This document shows, piece by piece, positions 12,308-23,672 of a stretch of 64,000 nt of DNA. Each line of letters opens with the position of its first letter. Within the stretch, counting starts at the first letter, position 1. Origin of the DNA: Phyllosticta citribraziliensis (Eukaryota); the NCBI RefSeq assembly GCF_038025025.1, contig NW_027117344.1, positions 1,116,001 to 1,180,000 on the forward strand, in the 5' to 3' direction. Below the pieces are notes generated by a model. That model was not told where the DNA came from and ran no database searches. It was given only the letters and a program-made list of their open reading frames with translations. The position numbers and the translations under genes are program-made.

Positions 12308-13391
12308 ACGGGACGCTGCGATGTCCACGTCCTCGTTGAGGCTCATGTAATCAAACTTTGTGGGCGGCGGGACGGAGCGAGTCAGGGAGAGAGAGGTGGG
12401 TTGCGGCTACCGAATAAGGCAAGGACGGAGAGGACGAGAGGAAGAGAGGAAGAGAGAAAAAAAAAAAAAAAAAGCGACGGGCAGATGACGGATGGACGGA
12501 CGACGGTGGAGCAAAGAAAGCCGTGGTCGACGGTGTGAACAAAGAGCTCCAAGGTCGTCATCGGCTTGGGCGACCCCACCCGGCACGCGGCGGGAAATGG
12601 GGCAGTGAAGCGAATTGAAGCCGAGTCGTCATGGCAAAGTCGTGCGACTCAGCATCATGTACAACATTGTAGATGCAGATTGCAAGTAAAGTCTGCAATT
12701 TGCCATGGCAGAATGAGCTACCTAGCTGGTGCTTGGTGGATGGATGGATGGGTGGTTCCGGTCGGGTTGGTTGGCTTCTGTTTGTCTTCATCTTCATCTG
12801 AACCTCGGCCAAGATCGGCGCAGCGCAGCGCAGACCCTGCCGCCTGGCAATGACGTCGGAGAGAACGACTGAACAGCGACAACAATAACAACAACAACAA
12901 CAGCAGCAGTTGGAACCGTCAGGCCGCGCTCACGAGAGCGCTAGAAGCAAAAGCAAAGACTACTGTACCGTCAGCCGTGGCTGTGGCTGTCATGTCGGTA
13001 GCGTGCGAAGCCGTGGTGGTGGGAGCATGTGTACTGTACTGTAGAAGTACCGGTAGGGATGGTGCGAGCTGCGGGACGGTGCGTCTGGGGTTGGTCCAGC
13101 CGGGGCCGGGGCCAGGGCCAGGGCCACCGACGGACACCTAGGGTCCTCAACTCAACTCAAAAAGTCCGGGCGGGTCCCTGTCGACAACGTTATATTGATT
13201 CAGTCCTCCCACGCTTGCCTGCCCCTTGATTAAACTGTCCCCCAAACTCACTCCAAAATATTCCTGATCTAAATATTATCCCCCCCGATCAGATCGCCCT
13301 CTCATCCTCCAGCACTGTCCACTCTCTCCCAACACCGCCATACTCTCTGATCCGAATATCCTCTTCTCGTCTCCACCTCTCAGCCACCATC

Positions 13392-13721
13392 ATGGCCACT
13401 TCCAAATTCGTCGAATGTCTCGACGCCGACACTCAGCCAACACATCCGGGCTACAACGTCTCTCTCGAAGACATTCTCGCCGAGACTGCCCGTCGCGCCT
13501 CTGCCGCAGACTTCTTCTCACAACAAAATGGCCTTGGCCGCTTCAGCGCCAGCAGCAGTTCTAGCGGCCGCAGCAGCGCCAGCAACAACCGCAAGAGCTC
13601 CTCTCTCTCCAATTCATCGAGCCCCCCGTCGAGCCCAATATCACCCACAAGTCCAATCGCCGCCGTCAAGACACGGCTGCGTCGGCTGAATCTCCACCCC
13701 GGAAGCTCGAGTCGCGACTAA
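13392..13721 (+). CDS. Small (109 aa) Ser-rich hypothetical protein
   Basis: Single-exon ORF with good start context (CCACCATC-ATG-G) after a CT-rich leader. Ordered N-terminus MATSKFVECLD..NVSLEDILAE followed by a Ser/Pro-rich tail. Confidence 0.55.
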   Translation: MATSKFVECLDADTQPTHPGYNVSLEDILAETARRASAADFFSQQNGLGRFSASSSSSGRSSASNNRKSSSLSNSSSPPSSPISPTSPIAAVKTRLRRLNLHPGSSSRD

Positions 13722-16271
13722 GAAGCCATCGACATGTTCACTACTTTGAAAGAGCTTGGGTCATTCTAATCATTGGCACTTTCGGAAAGCGGGCGTTTGC
13801 GAATCTTCCGACGCTGTTGTACTTGCATCTTGCCGTTGTTCGCGTTTTGCACTTGCGCCATGTACTACATCAACAAGTCGTCCTTATTGTGCGTTGCCGG
13901 GCACTTGTCCGCTCCCGCCCGGATCTTTGGGGAAACATGGTCGAGACGTATTTCGTGGCGCTCGTCACACGACGTGAAGCTGCCGTGGCTCATCTCACGT
14001 GTCGCACGTTCGACACTCCCCCGCGGCTGCCCACCAACGCACTCGACCCCGAAGAAGCACTTTCAACCACATCTGCTCTACCTCTCGCCAAGCTTTTTGT
14101 GTCGCGCCCTACTTCCCCACGTTGGTCAATTAGTCGACCCACTGGTTGCAGGCCTGGGCTGGACGCCATCTACCCAGTCACTTGATTGGACGCACTATAG
14201 TCGGCCGACCGCGCCATGCGTCGACCCAGTGCTAGACCGGCCATGCAGATGTCAGCACGTCTATTTGCGCTGCCTGGGGTGGCGGAACGACCTAGGCACA
14301 GAGGCATTCTACCCCGTCCTACTTCGCGCTTGCGACGGTGCTACCCGTCGACGCACGGCTTGGATGACCGCGCCATTTCGAAACCTCAGCCGACTCCATT
14401 TTTGTTTGTCGGGACACCTGGGGGCCGCCTAGGAATTACTGTCCCGTCCTCCAGCCTCGCCGGCTCACCTTCGCGACCATTTTCGGTGGTCGGCCCAAGC
14501 CGCTGCCTTCGGCTGTCCTTGGGCATGTACCCCCAGCCATGACACTTTTGGCAGCGCGGACGGCTGGTGGCTGGAGCGACGGAGATGAGGTGCAAACAGG
14601 GGACCCCCTGATGGCAATCCGAAGTGCCCAGCCTTATCGGCTGAGGGTTTTGTCGCTACCCGCCTTGTTTTGCACTGCCTGCATGTCTGCACGCACTGGC
14701 GGCTGACCGTTGCGCCTCTGCGCGCTTCTCGGGTGCGGGCTCAAAAACTTTAACGCAAGCTCAAACCCAAACATCAGAGCCTCGCGCGGAAAAGGATGCG
14801 CATTGCTTTGTTTTTGGCCACCATCTTCGGCTGTTGGGCTCTTCTTCGGTCCATCGCGCGCCTCCCAACTCCGGTGCTACCGGCTCCTCACGACTTTCGG
14901 ATTTGCTGCCGACAGCGTTGGGATTTGTCCACCAACACATCTGCTGTTCACTACCAGTTCCTGTGTTCCGTTTTCATCTCCGTCGCTTATCCCGAGTGGC
15001 TTCCGGTCAATGGCAACCGTGCCGTCCTGTCGCCCGGCCGGACAAGGAGAAAAACACGGCTGACGCGACACCACTTCGGTCGCTCATCGACGTGCCGTGT
15101 TCATGTCTGGCCAGTCCGAGTCTCGGAGCTGACACCTTTTCTTTCATCATGATCGTTGTGAAGACAGGCTCAACGTTTCCGTGCTTCTTCTTCCCCTTTC
15201 ACACTATACATGTCTTAATCGTGGCTTTTTTTGGTTTGCCAATGACTTTAGAGGTCTTGGATTTGAAGATTTAAGATTGGACAACAAAACTGGCATTTAC
15301 TTTCATGTTGACGGTACGGGGGAGTTCCGTACAGATTTTTAACGACTTGACGAAGAGAAGCATCGAATAGCTCGAAGAATGAAAAACCGCAAGGTTGATT
15401 CCTAATACTAAGAGCCTTTCCACGAAGCGATTAACGCATGCTGCTATCGGCGATGTGTGTTAACCTGCCTATCACATCCATTTTCGACCCACCATGAGTA
15501 GGACCCGAAACCCAACGATGCACCTCTACTCAATCTGCATGACAAGTTTTTCTGTCCACAATTCGTGTTCTGGCAAATACCGCTCTACGCGCAGCGCCGC
15601 CCAAACCCTGTCTTCCACGCGGCTCATTGCGCAATTCACGGCGTTCACCAACATCATCGACGACCGAAAATCATGTCGCTCGCACCACGTCCGCCACAGC
15701 GACCACTACGTCAAGCAGCCACAACAGAGACCAATGACAGCTCGCAGTCCCCTCGCTCAGCTGTGGCCAGTGAGCGTCTTTCGCTGTCCGCTCGACCCTA
15801 TCTCGCCCTATCGAAAGCACCAACGCCGCATCCGGGGTCAACCGGGCACCAGTCGCCGTCGGTCCCCGCCGGCGTCATCCATCCAACCAACCAACCCACG
15901 ACCAGCCAGGCACCGAACCAATCCGCTCGTCAACCGCACCTCCAGGCACGACTGACAGAAGACAATGGCACGACAGGGGCGAGCGGACAGACCACGGACG
16001 CGAGGGACCGAGCGGCAACACCCACGACCATCCACGGCATTTTGACTGTTGGTGTCTGCATGCCGTCAGCCAAGTCCCCCCCAAGTCGAGGCTGTGTAGG
16101 TTGTGCATGGGAGGACGCATCCAAGACGTCGACCAAGAATAAGGAAGACTGAGATTTTGATGATTACGACGACAAGGACGACGATGATGATCTCAGGCAC
16201 GCAGAGGCGCGGAGCTCCGCCAGCGGGGTGGGCGCAGCAGCAGCGGCAGCGGCAACACATGCAGCCTCGTC

Positions 16272-16273
<2 letters not shown>

Positions 16274-16301
<28 letters not shown>
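16274..16301 (+). repeat. Poly(T)28 tract
   Basis: 28 consecutive T in an intergenic region. Confidence 0.9.
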
Positions 16302-16306
<5 letters not shown>

Positions 16307-18930
16307 TGTCGTCATCGCACATCCATCCCATCGCCTCCCGTCGACTTTGACGTGGATCGTCGGCGGTGCTTGTCTGTGTGTGGCTGACATGTGTGGTGCT
16401 ACTGTACACCCGGAGGCCGTCTTGCTGTCCGCCCATCCAGCTCGGCTCAGTCACAGAGCAAGAAGATTCTACCTTTCCCTAGCATGGAAAAGACGCACTG
16501 CTGATGGTTGGGCCAATAGCTTGAACCGTGAGCCAATGCTGTCGCCGCACTCACAGCGGCGCTGGGAGGGCGCAGAAGTAAAAGTTGGGATTCTCGCGCG
16601 CGCAGGCGGCCAGCTCTCCAGGGCAGACAGAGTCGTGAAAGAGACTATTGCCTACCGCTACCGCTGCCGGCACTAGTGGATCTGTACCTGACTGACGAAC
16701 TGTATTTGGACTGAGCTGAACAACTGGTCTGCCGCTGCTGAACCAAATGCAGAGGGGAGTGCAGCATGCTTCATCAGGTAGTCAGCTCAACTAGCTCCAC
16801 CTTCTGAAGACACTGAGGTGCAACACTTCGGACGCGCCCGCCTCCAACTCCTTCGCAACTGGCAGCGCTGCCAAGTCCGAGGATGGGAGAGGAGAAGAGG
16901 AAGAAAATTGATGAAAGTCTAGCAGCTCCAGCTTACCAACCCTCGCGACTCGTCGTCCAAACAGACCGACGACTGCAGATTGGCTGGATCGAAGGGATCT
17001 AGAAACGTCAAAGTGTGCCGGTAGGCACCGAATCCGTCCGCCCGTCCCTCGCTCCCTCTACCCGCCCAATTTAGGTTAGCCCCGGGTTTAAACTGGCAAT
17101 GGTCTACCCCAGCCGCCTGTTCCATGCAAACCCATTGCTTGTGCTTGGCCCTGCCATGTTGACGCTATTTCGTCTCAAACCCCTCTCCTCTGGCGTTGGT
17201 GACGAACATGCCAGCTGCTGCTGCCAATTGCTCGTGGTGTGCGCGGCTGCATCTGCAAACTTGCGAGGCGGTGAATCAGTAGAGCGGGCAACGGGTGGGT
17301 TTCCGCGGTTTGATGCAGACAGACAGACAAGACAGTGACAACCAGCGCAGTAAAACATTTGCCGTCTTGGCCGAAGATAACAAACCTGTGTTAGCAATGC
17401 TCTGAGTCACCAGAAGGGAAAAGAGGAAGGAGACCAGTCATCAAAGACGGAACAGAGCAGGCGGAGCAATCGACGCCCGGCTGAAAAATGAATGACCCAG
17501 CTAACCCACAGCAGAAGATGCGAGTCGAACCCGAGCCAAGTTGCTGCGAAGTCCACCACGGACTGACGTCCCAGTCGCAGCGGTACGCTGCGATGCGGCT
17601 TCCAATGCCATGCCATGCGCTGTGCTGCGAGGCAGCCGCGACGCGATGTGTGATGCGATGCGGTGCAACGCACCGCGCACGCGACCTGGCCTGACCTGAC
17701 CCGGCTCACGACCTCGTCTCGCATGGCCCGGCCTGGCCCAACCACGCGCGAGCTGCTTGTCTCGTCAGAGTACATGCGGGGCAAGGCGATAGGACCGACA
17801 GGCACAACAAAGGCACAAGCAATTAAGCATGTCCAGGAACAGGCCATCGTCGATGTTGGTGAAGCGTGCCGCTCCAATTTGGCTCGTGGCTCGACGGCGA
17901 TCATGCCGAGTCAACACGTCGGTGTAGGAGAGGGGAAGCGAGGAACTAGACCGGTCGAGCGGGTGTTGTTGCTGCTGCTGCTACTTAGTGCTGCTGATGG
18001 CGCTGGTCAGTGATTGGCTTCGCTGAGTACAAGGGTGTGGAGTGTCAGAACTGACAACGCCGCCGTCGGTGCCGTTGTCAGCCCGCCAGCTGGTGCATGT
18101 GCTCAGGCACTGGGTCCGCCACGGCAGAAGACGGTAAGAGACGGGGACGATTCGCGAGGGTGGATGGCATTGATGAATGGTTGGATGGACTGTGGGTGCG
18201 GGGTTGGTGATGCGGCTAGGAAGACGCCTGCTGGAGAGTTGCCTTGGGTAGGCGTGCAGTTGCTTGTTCTTTCGCTACTTGTGTGTAGACCGTGCTGCGT
18301 AACTGTACACGCGGACAATATACGCGCACGCGTTGTTTTGTTTTGGTCTTGGAACGTTGTCATTAAGAGCAGACACGGTGAATTTGGACTTATGAACTTG
18401 GCAAGGTTCGGTTGAGAACGGGTTGGAGTTGGCGCCAGGTTGGAACAGGGAGCTTGCTGGAAACCGAATGTGGTTGGCAGCGGAAAAGGAAAAAGGTCAC
18501 GAGGCACCAACAGAGCAGTTGCACTGCTGTGCATGGAAGGGCCATCGACATGATGGCATTCATAACCGCCACTAATGCGATCATGTATGCTGGACATTGC
18601 AGAGCAGTCATATTTGATAGCTGCGAACATGCTAAGCAATAGCACTACCAGCCATTCGTGTCTCTCGGAATGCAGCTATGCGGTTCAATCTTTGAGCATC
18701 CGCTGAAAGGCTTTCAAAATCATGCTCCCTGGTATCGAGATTGCGCCGGAAAGAGAGAGCAGACAAGCTGCTAAGCCGTCGTGAACAGAAGTCCTTGGAA
18801 GTTGCAAGGCCGAGAAAAATACAGAACGCAGCTGAAGTGGGTCTCGTCAATCGTGCTGCCAGTCTTCGAACGAACCAGCGTACGTCCGATCATGCCCGAT
18901 GTTGAGCAAATCTCCGATCCAAAGGCAGGC

Positions 18931-20898
18931 CTAATTTCTGTCATCGTCTTCCTTGAAATTGTTCTCTTTAGCATCATCATCAGAGTCGTTGCTCTTCTCC
19001 CCAGAAGTGTGCCTCCTTTTCTTGGAGGTTTCTTCACCAGCAGTATCAGCTACAGTCGTTTCTTCTTCTCCGCCGTCGCTGTCATCGTGAACATTTTTCA
19101 AGTTTGCAGGTTTCGTCTCGGGTTCCATGGCGGAAATTTCTCCGAGGGTCGAAGATGCTCCTAGCTGTTCTTGAGAAGCTCCTTCTGCAGCTTTGTCCGC
19201 GGTATTGGGACGGTGACTTTGCTCCCGTGCTCTGGATTGACTCCGCTCCAAGAAATGCTCCTTTCTCAGATACGGTGGACGTTTGACGCCGTGGATTTCA
19301 TGGTATTGGTAACACGCATCGCAGATGCGCCTGCCAACCGAGTCAAACTGCCATACCGAAGTATCGGCGGTTTGACAGTTGGAACAAGAATGATCTTCAG
19401 ATTCCTCCTCTTGAGGGTTAGGCGATGCGGTGTCATGTGAGCCTAGCTCTGCTGTACCAACGCCCCGAAGGATTTCGGCAGGTTCACTCTGACTTTTATT
19501 GCCTGGCCTTGACGATGAAGCGCGCTGGAGGACATGAGGGGTGGCGGGTTCTGCAGAAGCATTCTGATTGATCGCTTGCCAACTGCTGCCTTGTGAACGG
19601 GATGGGAGAGAGCCGAGTTGGGATGTTCTATCGTCTGATGGATCGGGCTGGTCCACGACTCGAGGTTTATCAGCACTTGAACCGCCTGTCATATGGGATC
19701 GTTGAGCCGGGTCCACACATGCTTCACATCGAGTGCGCCCATCTTCGTCCAACATGGGAACATAGCCGAGGTACGAGTTGCAGTAGTAGCAGCTTTTCAT
19801 ATCCTTAAGATCCTGCAGTTCGCGTGGTCTGTTCTTCTTGTGTTTCCTAAAGTATAGGTAGCAGGCGCTGCACGCCATTTGTCCGTTCTCATCTTTGCGC
19901 CACTTGGACGTTTTCCTTGCGAAGCAGTTTCGGCATTGAATTTTCGTAGTGGTTGCTTCCAGACTTGAAAGACTTTCGGGCAGTTGATCGAGGCAGCTTT
20001 CACATATTGGGCGATTATCCCGATCCCGGAGCGGAGTCTGGGTGATGGACTCGTTACACCTGTAACAGACGACTTGGGGACGGCGTATTGAGGACGAACC
20101 TTCCGCGTTGACGTCTGGCTTGAGATCCATTTGCTCCTGGTCTTCCACGTCTTCGCCAACCTTTTCAACATGTTCATCTTCCGACTCTAGATCTCCCAGT
20201 TGATCAGGATCATTTCCCGCCAATCGATCCAGCTCGAGCGAGTCTTGTCCCGGAGACCGTGGGTTCGAATTCGAATCAACATCGGGCGAAAGCTCGTCCG
20301 AGTGGTGAACATATCCGTGTTCATCATTGCCAGCGTAATAGTCCGTGTCAGGGCTGTTTGCATGGGCGCCTGTCGTCTTTCGTCGGCCACCACGTGATCG
20401 CTCGCCGTTGTGTGGCAGACCGCCGTCCAGCCCATGCACGGTACGATAATGCTGGAGCAGATTGTCGCTTCTGGAGAAAGCCTTGGAGCAGTTGGAACAC
20501 TTGTGAGGACGTTCACCCATGTCTAAAATCGTCAGCACGTGATGAATTCATCGCAGAATTCAGTACTTACGCGTCGTCTTTTCGTGCCTCACTTTGTGCT
20601 CAACCCTGCTAAATACGCGGTCGCAGAACTGACATTTGCGTCTTTCTTCTTTCCGGACAGCTCTCTGCATGGCAGGTGTGATGTTGGGTGTCTCGAGCAA
20701 AACGGATCGCTCCACTCGTCTGCAGCAACGTTAGAAATCCAGTGACACAGAGGTGATGGAACCAAAGTAGTTGCTTACTTGCTAACATTTGGCTCATTCT
20801 CGTCTGATGTGGATCGAGAGCGTTTGGTTCCTGCTTGGTTGGGGGTATTAGGAGTTGTCTGAGGTTGATTTCTCGCCGGAGAGCGCACTGCTGGTGCC
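18931..20898 (-). CDS. Zinc-finger region with 2 C2H2 and 4 GATA-type fingers; predicted exons 2-4 of a fusion with the upstream amidohydrolase (alternative own ATG at 20670)
   Basis: Exons 20898-20779, 20719-20571 and 20522-18931, joined by introns 20778-20720 and 20570-20523. C2H2 pair CQFCDRVFSRVEHKVRHEKTTH-MGERPHK-CSNCSKAFSRSDNLLQHYRTVH. CX2CX17CX2C motifs start at 20067, 19935, 19791 and 19386. Confidence 0.85.
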
Positions 20899-21026
20899 CT
20901 ATAGCCAGGTGTTGTCAGATTCCGAAAGCCGCTGCTTTGGGCAAGTCAATGCCGAAAAAAGTGGAGACAAGTCAAGGGGGGAAAGGGGGAAGGTTGGGTT
21001 CGAGCAAGGGGCAAGCAGGGCAAAAC

Positions 21027-22013
21027 TCACTCCTGTATGGCAGGAATACGAAGTAGGTTTTGCGCGTTTCTGTAGGCAATAGACTCCAGGTCCCACCGGC
21101 TGACAAGGTCGCTTCGAGCTAGTTCTTCAACAAAGGCCTTGGCCTGTTTGTTCTTGGAAAATGGGTAGTCGACGCTAAGCATGATCTTCTCGATGGGTGT
21201 GACGCGCAGCAGGCAGGCCATTGGTGCCAAAGAGAACATTCCCGACGTGGTGATCCAGATGTTGTTTTTCCAGACGTGCCTCAGGTCGAACTCGCGACCA
21301 CTCCATTCGGGGTCCTTGATAGTAGAGGTTACGTCGATGATGCGATCCAACTGGAATGGGAGCATTTCGCCCATATGGCCGATGATTATCTTCAATCTAG
21401 GAAAGCAATCGAAGACGCCGGCAGCAAACAGGCGCAGGATGTGCAGACCAGTTTCGCTGTGCCATCCCCAGCCGAAAGTACCAAGGAGCTGGGCAAGGGG
21501 TTCCGGATATTCGCCGTCGTAGAGAGCTCGCTTGGTGTCATCAGTCGGCAAGGTGGGGTGAAGGTAAATGGGCACGTCGAGGTCCTGGGCAGCAGCAAAG
21601 AGGGGCCAGAACTTGGGACCATCATAAAAGTGGCCATTGCAGTGGTTGCTGATCAGGGCGCCAACGAAGCCGAGCTCACGGACACAGCGTTTGAGCTCCT
21701 TGGCGGCTTGCTGGGGTTCGCGCAGGGGAAGCAGGGCAAAGCCGGCATAGCGTGAGGGGTGGCGTTTGGTGATGGAGGCCAGGCGGTCATTTACGGCGCG
21801 TGACATGTCAGGAGTGGGATTGACGGGGGTGTGGGACAGGACCTGGAGGGCGATGTTGTTGTCGTCCATGTCGTCGAGACGGTCGTCGCCGAGCGAGTAG
21901 AGGCGGTCCATGATGGATTTTGGGAAGGGCGGCGGGCGAGCATCTTGCGGCGACGACTCAGGGAGCAGGCGCGCGTCCTGGAAGTGTTCCTCGAGGGCGA
22001 TGAGCGGAATCAT
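21027..22013 (-). CDS. Amidohydrolase-2 family metal-dependent decarboxylase (2,3-dihydroxybenzoate/gamma-resorcylate decarboxylase-like); unspliced 328-aa form
   Basis: ATG 22013 (MIPLIALEEHF). Metal-binding and catalytic motifs ExH, IYLHP, IIGHMGE, ITTSG and SVDYPF are all intact; ends NAQNLLRIPAIQE*. Confidence 0.9.
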   Translation of the reverse strand: MIPLIALEEHFQDARLLPESSPQDARPPPFPKSIMDRLYSLGDDRLDDMDDNNIALQVLSHTPVNPTPDMSRAVNDRLASITKRHPSRYAGFALLPLREPQQAAKELKRCVRELGFVGALISNHCNGHFYDGPKFWPLFAAAQDLDVPIYLHPTLPTDDTKRALYDGEYPEPLAQLLGTFGWGWHSETGLHILRLFAAGVFDCFPRLKIIIGHMGEMLPFQLDRIIDVTSTIKDPEWSGREFDLRHVWKNNIWITTSGMFSLAPMACLLRVTPIEKIMLSVDYPFSKNKQAKAFVEELARSDLVSRWDLESIAYRNAQNLLRIPAIQE

Positions 22014-22548
22014 GTTGGCGAAGGCGACTCTTGTGCGAGCGCCCTTGGTGGAGACGGGAACCTGCGCAAGACATGCAAACGGGACGGAGAGGTCAGGTTG
22101 GCGGATGGAGGTGGTGTTGAAGAGGGAGAGAGAAAGAGAGAGAGGGGAGAAGGAAAGAGAGAGAGAGAGCACAAGCGAGGGGAAGGGAAGGGAAGGAGAC
22201 GAGAGAAAGACTGGACTGGCTGGAACCGGCGAGGAGAGGAGAGGAGGGCGGAGGGGAGACAACCAAGTCAGGCTCAGGCTCAGGCTCAGGACGCGGCGGA
22301 CGGCACAAAAGAGGGGGAGGGGAAAGTGTGTTGGGTGCACCGAGGAAGCGCAAAGCGCATAGGGGTTCAAGGGGGCAGTAGTGTAGGTGAGGGGCTGCCT
22401 CGCGACCGCCCCAGCTGCCAGCTGCCAGCTCCCAGCTCCCTCCATGTGCGCCTCCGCCTCCGCCTCCGCCTCCGATTCATGCATCACCTCCGACTCTCCG
22501 CCATCGCCATCGCGCTCCATTCGGCACTCCCACACCACCTCACCCGCA

Positions 22549-23672
22549 ATGCTTTCCTCCACGGCCGCCGACCAGTCTCGCTTCGCCATCCACGACGCCT
22601 GTCGCGAAGGCAAGAGTATGCACACCTTGCCCCCCCAAAACAACGTCACCGACCCACGCACGCACGCTAACCTGCCCTCCACATCTAGCCGTGGTAGTCG
22701 AGTCGCTGCTAAACGTATGCCTTGTCGCGGTCCCAATCACCAAATCCCAACCGCTCAAAACCCCCTTCGCAGGCAAATCCAAAGCTCGCCAACCGCAGAG
22801 ATGATGACGACCGCCTCCCAATCCACTGGGCCGTGTCCTACAGCCACATGCCCATAGTCAAGTTGCTCGTGCAGACCAAAAACTTCGACGTCGATGAGCA
22901 GGTACGGCCGTGTTGCTTGGAAAACGAGGCTCTCGCCCGCTAAGACTGCGCGTGCTGCAGGACGGTTCTGGCTGGACGCCGCTCATGATGGCCGCAAGCC
23001 TCAAGGACTCGGACGAGCTCGTCGACCTGCTCATCTCACGCGGCGCAGACGTGAACATCAAGAGTATGCCAGCCATGCTCGACTTGTGATGCGCACCAAC
23101 TGACCTGCGCTGCCGCAGACAACAACGGTAACGTACGAGCCTCCCCTCGCCCCTCTCGCCGCAAACGCCCCGCCAATGACCCTGCAACAGACGGCGCTCC
23201 ATTTCACAGCCTCCAAAAGCAATCTCGACATAGCCCGCAAGCTTGTCGAAAACAAGGCTTCGGCGCGCGTCAAGGATAAGCGTGGCCAGCTACCCCTGCA
23301 CCGCGCTGCCGCCGCCGGTTCGGTCCCCCTGATCAAATTACTCTTGCAGGCCAAGAGCCCCGCGAATGCGACTGACATTGACGGCATGACTGCGCTGCAT
23401 CACGGTGAGTCAGGAAAAAATCGGTTGCTCTACTCCGCTAACACGCGCCAGCCATCGCCGAGGGCCATGGTGACGCGGCGGTAGAATTGCTCAAAGCCGG
23501 CGCAGAACCAGACAAAAAGAACAGTGATGGCGTCATCGCCATTGACCTTGCACCTGACGCAAAGGTACCGTGCAGCCCCAGCTTAATTGGCGCTTTGCGA
23601 CGCTGACGTCCAAAACAGATTGCTCAATACATATTCCACAGTGCCGAACTTGAAGGCATCGAGCTGGCATAG
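22549..23672 (+). CDS. NAS6: Ankyrin-repeat 26S proteasome assembly chaperone (gankyrin/PSMD10)
   Basis: Eight exons (22549-22615, 22689-22714, 22773-22901, 22961-23064, 23119-23132, 23191-23404, 23452-23564, 23619-23672) give tandem ankyrin repeats: FAIHDACREGK, RLPIHWAVS, GWTPLMMAAS, TALHFTASK, QLPLHRAAAAG, MTALHHAIAEGH. Confidence 0.85.

Noticed and set aside
12025..12339. 104-aa Cys-containing ORF
   Set aside because: No signal peptide or motif, and it is crossed by a 19-bp (non-triplet) duplication.
16261..16700. Poly(T)28 as the poly(A) tail of a retroposed element
   Set aside because: No convincing target-site duplication, no A/B boxes and no coding remnant adjacent.
18632..18930. 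Additional downstream exon of the zinc-finger gene (ORF 18632-18850, minus strand)
   Set aside because: No splice donor before the TAG at 18931; treated as 3' UTR.
22014..22736. 241-aa N-terminal extension of the amidohydrolase ORF in the ORF track (21027-22736)
   Set aside because: It is translated microsatellite and CT-rich promoter sequence (SLSLSL, EAEAEA) that overlaps NAS6 on the other strand. The family N-terminus starts at MIPLIALEEH (22013), and a CTGAC..CAG acceptor near 22062 suggests a 5'-UTR intron instead.
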